NCBI RefSeq assembly: GCF_008000775.2
Contig: NZ_CP042905.2
Coordinates: 3,300,001-3,332,000 of the forward strand
Reading direction: 5' to 3'
DNA: 32,000 nt
Source of the DNA: Promethearchaeum syntrophicum
GTDB taxonomy: Archaea > Asgardarchaeota > Lokiarchaeia > Sigyniarchaeales > Promethearchaeaceae
The notes beneath the pieces are model-generated. The model worked only from the letters and a program-made list of their open reading frames with translations, ran no database searches and was not told where the DNA came from. Shown piece after piece: positions 8,765 through 16,461 of the stretch; within the stretch, counting starts at the first letter, position 1; each line of letters opens with the position of its first letter. A program made the translations under genes and the position numbers.

Positions 8765-9067
8765 AATTTTTCACATCCAAAATTTTTAATTAGAAATTAT
8801 ATGGGAGAAGAGCTTTAAAATTCTTTTTCTAAACAATTTTAGTGAGTTGATTTCATTGGTGGAGACTCTAAAAAAAAAATCTAATTGTGAAATAAAAAAC
8901 TATTATGTTCATCTCTCTTTCATAGCGAATTATTAAAGAATACTTAGAATAATATCTTTTTTTCGAATTGGTTATATATTTTCTTAAACATCATTTTTAA
9001 AAATTAAGAATTATTATCATATATTTTAATATATAAGAGTTTAACAAGAATTCAATGATGAAAATCT

Positions 9068-10744
9068 ATGACAAAATATGTGTTCGTAACCGGCGGTGTA
9101 ATGAGTGGTATAGGAAAAGGCGTTACAACCGCATCTATAGGCAAAATTTTCCAATTTCGTGGATTCAGAGTATCTGCTATAAAAATTGATCCTTACCTCA
9201 ATGTCGATCCTGGGACATTGAATCCGATAGAGCACGGAGAGTGTTTCATAACAGATGAAGCTTGGATGTTTAATCCAACTAATGATCAGAATAATCCATA
9301 TGTTTCAACGAAAATTGCAGAGTTAGATCAAGATTTTGGAACATATGAGAGATTCTTAGGTGATTTTATACATCCTTCACATAATATTACTAGTGGGCAG
9401 ATTTACTTTGAAACCATACTCCGCGAAAGAAAGGGAGATTATCTGGGAAAGACAGTTCAAATAATTCCACATTGTACTAATATGATTAAAGAAAGGATAG
9501 TTAGAATTGCGAAAAGCGAGGATTTAGATGTTTTAATTATAGAATGTGGAGGAACAGTCGGTGATGTTGAGTCAATTATTTTTCTGGAAGCTTTCCGTCA
9601 ACTTAAGTTAGAGTTACCCACAAACGATACGGTACTAATTCATGTTACAGTTGTTCCATATTCAAAAGCTGTTGGAGAACTAAAAAGTAAACCTACTCAA
9701 CATTCAGTAAAAGCGCTTCAAAGTGCAGGATTACAACCTGATTTTCTAATTTGTCGTTCAGAAATACCTATGGGTAAGGAGATAAAACGGAAAATTTCTT
9801 TATTTTCAAATGTTCAACCTCAATTTGTAATTTCAAACCCAGATATTCAATCAATTTACTCGCTACCTTTAATTTTTGAAGAGCAGAAATTAGGAGATTT
9901 AATCAGTGACATTTTTGACCTTAAACCCAGATTAGTAGAATTTAGTTCGGTTAACAATTATTCTGAATGGAAGAAAACCGCACAGTTGTTTATAAATAAA
10001 AATATAAATACCGTAAAAATTGGTATGCCCGGAAAATATACCGATAATAAAGATTCCTATGTGTCTATTAATGAGGCACTTAAGCATGCTTGTGCGCACG
10101 AGCAAGTTAATTTAGAAATTGTTTTCATCAATGTGGAAAAAGAAGGTTTCCAAGAAAATTTAAAAGAATGCGATGGAATATTGTTGACTCCTGGATTCGG
10201 AACGCGAGGTATTGAAGGTATGATTAGTTCTGCAGAAATTGCGATGGATGAAAAAATTCCGTATTTAGGCATATGTTTTGGAGCACAGCTCTTTTATGTA
10301 GCCTTTATGAGGCATATAATGGGAATTAAAAACGCACATTCTACCGAAATAGAACCCAATACACCTAATCCTGCAGTGAGTATGATGGATGAACAGCATA
10401 AAATTGTTAATTTAGGTGGAACAATGCGATTAGGAGCCCATAAAATAGTAATAAAGGAAGACACAAAACTTTTCAAAGCATATAATCAAAAGGAGATAAG
10501 AGAGAGATTTCGGCACAGATTTCATATTAATGAGAATTACATGACTTCTGAAACAGAACATAAGGGATTGAAAATATCCGCCTATGATGAAACTGGAAAA
10601 ATTGTAAATGCAATTGAATTATCTGATCCGGATCATTGGATGCTGGGAACGCAATTTCATCCTGAATTCACCAGCCGTCCTTACCGACCGAGTCCAATTT
10701 ATCTGGCTTTTATAAAAGCAATAAAGAAATACAAGAATCTTTAA
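9068..10744 (+). CDS. pyrG: CTP synthase
   Basis: 558-aa ORF. The N-terminus is YVFVTGGVMSGIGKG, with IDPYLNVDPGT and GGTVGDVES following. The glutaminase domain has the GICFGAQ nucleophile Cys and QFHPEF. Confidence 0.95.
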   Translation: MTKYVFVTGGVMSGIGKGVTTASIGKIFQFRGFRVSAIKIDPYLNVDPGTLNPIEHGECFITDEAWMFNPTNDQNNPYVSTKIAELDQDFGTYERFLGDFIHPSHNITSGQIYFETILRERKGDYLGKTVQIIPHCTNMIKERIVRIAKSEDLDVLIIECGGTVGDVESIIFLEAFRQLKLELPTNDTVLIHVTVVPYSKAVGELKSKPTQHSVKALQSAGLQPDFLICRSEIPMGKEIKRKISLFSNVQPQFVISNPDIQSIYSLPLIFEEQKLGDLISDIFDLKPRLVEFSSVNNYSEWKKTAQLFINKNINTVKIGMPGKYTDNKDSYVSINEALKHACAHEQVNLEIVFINVEKEGFQENLKECDGILLTPGFGTRGIEGMISSAEIAMDEKIPYLGICFGAQLFYVAFMRHIMGIKNAHSTEIEPNTPNPAVSMMDEQHKIVNLGGTMRLGAHKIVIKEDTKLFKAYNQKEIRERFRHRFHINENYMTSETEHKGLKISAYDETGKIVNAIELSDPDHWMLGTQFHPEFTSRPYRPSPIYLAFIKAIKKYKNL

Positions 10745-12987
10745 ATGTTTTCTGTTCCCTTTTCGATAATTTCTTTTAAAGTCATTATCGTAGTATCCGG
10801 GCTGTAAGTGTCAAATTCAAAGATTTTTGCAGCGTTTTTAAGGAAACTTTTCTGAATACGTTCCACAGAAAATTGATCGATGCCTAAATAACGTGTAGCC
10901 CAAGATTTTTTAGGTTTCATAATAATGACCATTATTTGTTTCTTGCCTATGTTATTTGCAATTTCATCTAACTCGTCTGAGATAATTTGAAATTCGTGTG
11001 ATGAAGTGGCATTCAAACCGGGATATTTCAGTGATATATTCGCACCCAAATCACTTAAAATTATGATAATAGGTAAATTGAACCCTTTAATCTTCTCTTG
11101 TTGAATCATCGTCAGTGTTTTCTTCAAAGCAGATGCAAGGGGAGTATAAGATGTAGCTTCAAGATTTTTAAGCTCAGTCAATCCTACAGAAAAAGAAACA
11201 GCAGGTCTTTGAAGTATGGTACTCTCTTTTCCTTGGAACGAAATCACAGAGATTTTATCTTTTTTTTTATAACCTTCTGCATGCACGCTCTGAATAATTT
11301 TAATTGTCTGATCCAAAGTTCGTCTCATCGAAGCACTTGCATCCACTATGAAATAGAGTGAAATTGGAGCTTTGACAACATTGATTTTTTCTTGTATATC
11401 ATCAATATTTAGATTTACAGCTAGGTTTGAATTATAAGATCTCTCTTGCAGAACAGTTTGTATAGCTTTTGTGTTATTAATAAAATGCGATTTAATTGAC
11501 GCATCAAACGCTATAGAATGGGGTTTTCCTCTGGGTTTTTGTGCATATATATATCTTCCTTTTGATTTAGTATTAAGACGAACCCTGGTTCCCCGCCCAG
11601 TATAGTTAACAATTTTTTGTTTCTTTTTTAAATATCGAAAAATTGGTGATACATCAAGGTTGATTGGTTTTTCTGTTCGATAAAATAGTAGATTGTCTGG
11701 ATCAATAATCCTTTTCTTTACATTGGTCTTTTTACTACTGGCTTTAAATCCATGAGAAAAATCTTCATCTGAATCAAAATTGGAATATCTATCTTGAGAT
11801 TTTCGATCTTTATCATCAACTTCTGGTAAATCTTCGTTTTCCTTATTTAATGGATTTTCTCGGTATTTTTCTTCTAAATCTGGAGAGGATTTAAAGGTAT
11901 TCATCATTTCTTTATCAGTTCCTTTATACAAAGTTGGATCTTCAAAAGATTTTGGAATTTTATGCCAGAGTTCTTCAAAAGTTGTTCCTAAATAATCATT
12001 GTTCAATTCGGGATTAATATGAGCGAGTTTATACTTAAAAACTAAATTGAGGGCTTGTTTTAAATCTTCTTTTTCAATCTTCGTAGAATTTCTGAAAGCC
12101 GCATGGGCTCGAGCACAATGAAGATAAGTAATTTCAGTCCTTTGGGATATTAATCCGAATTTTATAACAAGTTCTGAAGCAAAATTATAGATTTTGGGAG
12201 AAATTTTTATAGAAGATAGATTTTTTTTTGCAAATATTATATTTTCTTTGAGCTTTATTTGAAGAAGTTTGTAGTTTTCAATAAATTTTTGAGGATCGTC
12301 TTGAAATTCGATAACTCGGTTGGTAATTTCGGCACGTATACTGGGATCAATAGGTGCTTTGATTCCAATTTCAAGCCCCAACCGATCTGAAATCTGGGGA
12401 CGTAATTCACCCTCTTCAGGATTCATCGAGCCTACCAATATAAAAGAAGAGAGGTGAGTAATTGATATTCCTTCTCTTTCGATATGGTTAATCCCAGAAG
12501 CAGAAGCATCTAATAGGATATCGACTAGATGGTCTGGTAAAAGGTTTATTTCATCAATATACATTATGCCTCGATTTGCTTTAGCGAGTAACCCAGGTTG
12601 GAATTCTCTTTTCCCTTCCTTTATTATTCGTTCAATATCTAAAGAGCCTATTACCATTTCTTCGGTGGCACCTAGAGGCAAATTAACAAATGAAATGGGT
12701 TTCTTGATAGTTTTTTCAGGTTTTTTTTCCCCTTTTTCTTTACAATAATCACATAATTTTTCTGGATCTTCTAAATTGCATTGAAATGGACACCCTTCGT
12801 AAACTTCAATTTCAGGGAGTAATGCAACCAAGGAACGCGCAGCTGTACTTTTTCCTGTTCCCTGTTGTCCTGTAAGTAAAACACCACCAATCTTAGGATC
12901 TATCACATTTAAAATTAGAGCAAGCTTCATATCATCTTGGCCTAGTATCGCAGTAAATGGAAAGTTTTGAATCTTGATTTTTTTCAT
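10741..12987 (-). CDS. ChlI/BchI-type AAA+ ATPase fused to a C-terminal von Willebrand factor A domain
   Basis: 748-aa ORF. Residues 1 to about 340 are collinear with the Mg-chelatase I subunit: FPFTAILGQDDMKLALILNVIDPKIGGVLLTG, Walker A QQGTGKST, LPEIEVYEGCPFQC, Walker B MYIDEINLL, NPEEGELRPQISDRLGL. A charged linker follows, then a vWA domain with the MIDAS motif IVDASASM. The stop codon shares the palindrome TTAA with the pyrG stop. Confidence 0.85.
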   Translation of the reverse strand: MKKIKIQNFPFTAILGQDDMKLALILNVIDPKIGGVLLTGQQGTGKSTAARSLVALLPEIEVYEGCPFQCNLEDPEKLCDYCKEKGEKKPEKTIKKPISFVNLPLGATEEMVIGSLDIERIIKEGKREFQPGLLAKANRGIMYIDEINLLPDHLVDILLDASASGINHIEREGISITHLSSFILVGSMNPEEGELRPQISDRLGLEIGIKAPIDPSIRAEITNRVIEFQDDPQKFIENYKLLQIKLKENIIFAKKNLSSIKISPKIYNFASELVIKFGLISQRTEITYLHCARAHAAFRNSTKIEKEDLKQALNLVFKYKLAHINPELNNDYLGTTFEELWHKIPKSFEDPTLYKGTDKEMMNTFKSSPDLEEKYRENPLNKENEDLPEVDDKDRKSQDRYSNFDSDEDFSHGFKASSKKTNVKKRIIDPDNLLFYRTEKPINLDVSPIFRYLKKKQKIVNYTGRGTRVRLNTKSKGRYIYAQKPRGKPHSIAFDASIKSHFINNTKAIQTVLQERSYNSNLAVNLNIDDIQEKINVVKAPISLYFIVDASASMRRTLDQTIKIIQSVHAEGYKKKDKISVISFQGKESTILQRPAVSFSVGLTELKNLEATSYTPLASALKKTLTMIQQEKIKGFNLPIIIILSDLGANISLKYPGLNATSSHEFQIISDELDEIANNIGKKQIMVIIMKPKKSWATRYLGIDQFSVERIQKSFLKNAAKIFEFDTYSPDTTIMTLKEIIEKGTENI

Positions 12988-13064
12988 TATTAAAAGTATT
13001 AATCATCAATAATTTGAAAATTATTTGAAAACTGATTAAAAAAAGTTTATGTAGGTTGAATTAA

Positions 13065-13694
13065 TCAATTATCGAAAAATTCGAAGGGGAAAAGTTTTCT
13101 TACATTACAATATAGATAATTTTCTGATAAATTCTCAACTTGAACTGTAAAATTACTGCTCTCTGGAGTATTGTCTGCGCTTTTAGTAATATTTAAAACT
13201 TGGACCCAAAAGTAGAGAATAGTACCATCAGCATAACCGAGAATTTCATCACCAGTGTCATCATCGAATCCATCTTGAGGATCAACATCAGTTTCTTTAT
13301 CGATTACGAATTCAAGGATTTCTCCAATCTCACTATCAAGGAGTTCATAATAGAATCCATTAATTAAACTACCTTTTGTAACTTCTGTAATAAAATTATT
13401 AGGGGGCTTGGACTCTTCGTCAGGTTCCTCACTTGTATCAAGATCACCAATGTCATCAATTCTCCATAGTTTATAATGAAGTTCGGCCGTATCTCCATCT
13501 TCAATATATAATTTATCTCCGTGTCCATTAGTGGATTCTGGTAAAAGAACTGCGAGAAGAACAACCCCAGTAATAGAGATCACAAAAATAAAACCCATAG
13601 CGAAATATTTTATTGGTATCTTCTGTTCATTGTATTGTTTCTTTCGAACGTAAAATTCCTTTTTCGCATGTTTAGGATTTCTTTTAGGGGACAC
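13065..13694 (-). CDS. Membrane-anchored FKBP-type PPIase-like protein with an acidic insert
   Basis: 209-aa ORF with a GTG start. A basic N-tail (SPKRNPKHAKKEFYVRKK) precedes one TM helix (FAMGFIFVISITGVVLLAVLL). The ectodomain follows FKBP order: EDGDTAELHYKLW ... KGSLINGFYYELLDSEIGEILEFVI ... GTILYFWVQVLNI. The family call is by eye only. Confidence 0.45.
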   Translation of the reverse strand: MSPKRNPKHAKKEFYVRKKQYNEQKIPIKYFAMGFIFVISITGVVLLAVLLPESTNGHGDKLYIEDGDTAELHYKLWRIDDIGDLDTSEEPDEESKPPNNFITEVTKGSLINGFYYELLDSEIGEILEFVIDKETDVDPQDGFDDDTGDEILGYADGTILYFWVQVLNITKSADNTPESSNFTVQVENLSENYLYCNVRKLFPFEFFDN

Positions 13695-13789
13695 GATCTC
13701 TGTATAATTAGCGGAATTAAAAAATTTTTTAGATCGTTTTTTTTTACATCAATATTATGAAATGTTTCTTTGCTACATAATTCAACAAA

Positions 13790-14419
13790 TTAAATATATA
13801 AATGAGATGTTGAATTTTTTAGTTCATCCTTCTCTATTGTTGATTTTAATCTCATTTGCAATTTGGGGCTTATATTTTTCATAAAGTAATCTATAGCAAA
13901 TATAATCGAAAAATAACTGAGCTTAAAAGATTCGAAGTCAGCTGAACATGGAACATCAGCTTGAGCCCATACTGACTTATTTTCAGGATCTAAAGAGTAA
14001 ACAACAGAGTTTAAAAGGAAATTACCTTTTAAAATTTCGGAAAACAAGTTTAGAAGTGCTTGTTGATTCAATTTTCCAGGTTCAATCTCGTAAATAGAAG
14101 TTTTTATAAGAATCCACTCAGTGGAGATAACGACGTGACTTAAAAATGTAAATTCTTCATATTCAAAGGGTATTGTAATAATTAGTTTTTCTACATCCAC
14201 TTTCATATCAACTATGCCAATATCCGAGAGATATTTCTCTATTTTAGAAAGATTTTCCTCCATTTTTTCTCTCTCCTCCTTAGTCAAGAGTTTTTGAAGG
14301 TTTTTATCTAGAGCTTTTGCAGGATATGGAGCAATTTTATCTTGCGAATCTTCTTTAATAGATTTAGGGAGATCAATTTTGCTCGTCTTTTTTTTTGTCG
14401 GGGATTTTTTCTTTCCCAT
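13790..14419 (-). CDS. YbjN-like (T3SS-chaperone-like fold) protein with a lysine-rich N-terminal tail
   Basis: ORF with an ATG at 14419; the track begins 2 codons earlier at a TTG. The N-tail is GKKKSPTKKKTSK and a short coiled coil follows. The pattern SHVVISTEWILIKTSIYEI...QALLNLFSEILKGNFLLNSVVYSLDPENKSVWAQADVP resembles the YbjN family. This is a low-certainty call by pattern. Confidence 0.4.
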   Translation of the reverse strand: MGKKKSPTKKKTSKIDLPKSIKEDSQDKIAPYPAKALDKNLQKLLTKEEREKMEENLSKIEKYLSDIGIVDMKVDVEKLIITIPFEYEEFTFLSHVVISTEWILIKTSIYEIEPGKLNQQALLNLFSEILKGNFLLNSVVYSLDPENKSVWAQADVPCSADFESFKLSYFSIIFAIDYFMKNISPKLQMRLKSTIEKDELKNSTSHLYI

Positions 14420-14556
14420 AACCAATATAATATCGTAATTTTAGTTTTTATATGTTTTTAATTTCAACCTAATGGATTGATAGGAAATTTTTAAACCTCA
14501 ATTATATAGATTACATAAACGAGTTCGAAAAAAGAATACATGAGGCATACTATTAA

Positions 14557-16461
14557 TTGAGCAATTCTTCCGATTATTTTAGAAACAAAGTGTGGTATAT
14601 CATTAATACAATTCAAGCTAACCAACTTTTTGTGCATTCTGCAAACTTAAAAGTGCGTTATTCTGAAAATCAAATGCTCTTTGTAAGTAAGACAAGAAGA
14701 AGTAAGAAGAAAAGTTCAAAAAAAAAAAAAACAAGAAAGTTAATCACTAAAAATCTTCCTGAAATACTCACAATTTGTGTTTTAAATACATTAATACCTA
14801 ACTCAGCAATGCTATTAGTTGGAGGACATGGGGGTGGAAAAACCTCAATCGTAAAATATCTTGGTAGAATGTTTACAGGAATGACATTAGATGAAGCAGA
14901 GGAATGCATAATTCGTGGACACCCTCAATTAACGGAAGAAAAAATAATTGCTACATTAAATATTAAGAAATTGATGAAAGATGGGGAGGAAGAAGTCATA
15001 TGGAGAACCTTTTCTTCAAATTTTTGGAAAATTATTGATGAAGTTAATCGCTGTAGCCCCTATACACAAAATATCTTACTATCACTGCTCGCTGAAGGTA
15101 AAATCAAATATTATGATAGTGTATTAAACGTTTCAAAATATTGTTTGTTTGGCACCTTAAATCCCAATGATGTAGGTACATTTGAGATGTCAGCACCATT
15201 TTTAGACCGGTTTGGAATTTCCGTCCCAATTTCAATGCCAAAATCACAAGATCTCGCTGTAATTTTAGAAAGTCAAGATGAAAAACTTGGAGGATATGAT
15301 GAATTAATTCAAGTGCCTCAAGTTCTATCGGAAGAACAACTATTAAGTATTTGGTATGAGGTTAGCACAATTATCTGCTCAAAAGAAGCAGAAAATTTCA
15401 TTCATGCGATTATTAGAGAATATACATTATGTGAACGAGTAGATAAAGGGAATTCAGATTATTTAAAACCCAGCTCAGGACTTTGTAGCGGATGCCATTT
15501 TAACGTTCCCAACAAAGTACCTTGTAGCAATTCGGATTCGATTTTATCTGTAAGAGTTGCTAAAGATTTACTCCGTTATTCTCGCGCATTAACATGGTTA
15601 TTGGGGTTAAAAGAAGTTTCGGTAAACATTGTATTAACTGTTGCCCCTTATGTGATTTCTCATCGAGTAATCTATCTCGAACGAGCATTAAACAAGGACC
15701 CTTATTGGGGATCAAAATATGAATTTACAAAAAACATTCTAGAGATGGTATTGAAACGCTTTCACAATCGCGTAGAAGCATATGATATTATAGACAAATT
15801 CAGAGAAGGAAAGGGTAATGAAACGGAAAGGGAGAAATTGGAGCTGATGGCTAGAAATGATCTCATAGTACGTATAGATCTACTTCCTTTAGCAGAATCT
15901 CTGTCAAATCCCGAGTATATTGATATTGTAAATGAAATAAATGAATCAACCCAACAAAAAAATATAACACAAATCTCAACTTTAAGAAGAAGATTACTTC
16001 AAGAAATGGATTTTCCTAATCGAGGCGAACTAATCGCACGGTTAAATGGGATTTTACGTGTCCTAACTTTGAATACTTATAATTCCTCAATGGAACTTTG
16101 GAACTCAATAAGATTTACTATAGACGGTTTAATTCCTCAATTTTCAGCAAAATTAAAAGAAACTACACTGAATAGGGGAACTTATCGATTACGCACTGAA
16201 GATTTAGATATGGAAATTAATGTAACCGGTATTCATGAAAGCGATATTGTTAATTTTAGTTTTTATGGTGGCGATAGTGCTGAAAATTTGAAAGAAGCTA
16301 TTGAAAAGCAGCACAAAAACGCTTTTAAATCAATGGATGATTTAATCGAGGAATCTAAAATTGCTCGCGAAAAGGTTGAAAACGAATTTGGTTTATCAAA
16401 TATTGAAGTTTCTGAGAATATTAAAGAAGAAGAATATTTTGATGATGAAATTTATGACTGA
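14557..16461 (+). CDS. MoxR-family AAA+ ATPase with a basic N-tail, a Cys-cluster insert and a long C-terminal extension
   Basis: 634-aa ORF. The track start is a TTG at 14557, and the GTG at 14590 or the ATG at 14673 are alternatives. Motifs are Walker A GGHGGGKT, Walker B IIDEVNR, PYTQNILLSLLAEGKI, GTLNPNDVGTFEMSAPFLDRF and the lid SVRVAKDLLRYSRALTWLLG...VISHRV. A CSGCHFNVPNKVPC cluster precedes the lid. About 250 aa follow the AAA+ module. Confidence 0.85.
   Translation: MSNSSDYFRNKVWYIINTIQANQLFVHSANLKVRYSENQMLFVSKTRRSKKKSSKKKKTRKLITKNLPEILTICVLNTLIPNSAMLLVGGHGGGKTSIVKYLGRMFTGMTLDEAEECIIRGHPQLTEEKIIATLNIKKLMKDGEEEVIWRTFSSNFWKIIDEVNRCSPYTQNILLSLLAEGKIKYYDSVLNVSKYCLFGTLNPNDVGTFEMSAPFLDRFGISVPISMPKSQDLAVILESQDEKLGGYDELIQVPQVLSEEQLLSIWYEVSTIICSKEAENFIHAIIREYTLCERVDKGNSDYLKPSSGLCSGCHFNVPNKVPCSNSDSILSVRVAKDLLRYSRALTWLLGLKEVSVNIVLTVAPYVISHRVIYLERALNKDPYWGSKYEFTKNILEMVLKRFHNRVEAYDIIDKFREGKGNETEREKLELMARNDLIVRIDLLPLAESLSNPEYIDIVNEINESTQQKNITQISTLRRRLLQEMDFPNRGELIARLNGILRVLTLNTYNSSMELWNSIRFTIDGLIPQFSAKLKETTLNRGTYRLRTEDLDMEINVTGIHESDIVNFSFYGGDSAENLKEAIEKQHKNAFKSMDDLIEESKIAREKVENEFGLSNIEVSENIKEEEYFDDEIYD

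Noticed and set aside
10741-12987. The Mg-chelatase I/D-like gene taken as evidence for (bacterio)chlorophyll biosynthesis.
   Set aside because: The window holds no H subunit and no other tetrapyrrole genes. ChlI/ChlD-like AAA+/vWA proteins are widespread outside phototrophs, so only the fold and family are claimed.
16361-16441. The track's start at 16361 for the HExxH-vWA gene, which would overlap the MoxR gene by 100 nt.
   Set aside because: The extension (MLAKRLKTNLVYQILKFLRILKKKNIL) is the alternate frame of the MoxR acidic C-terminus. The ATGs at 16442, 16445 and 16454 give the classical short stop/start overlap, so they are the more plausible starts.
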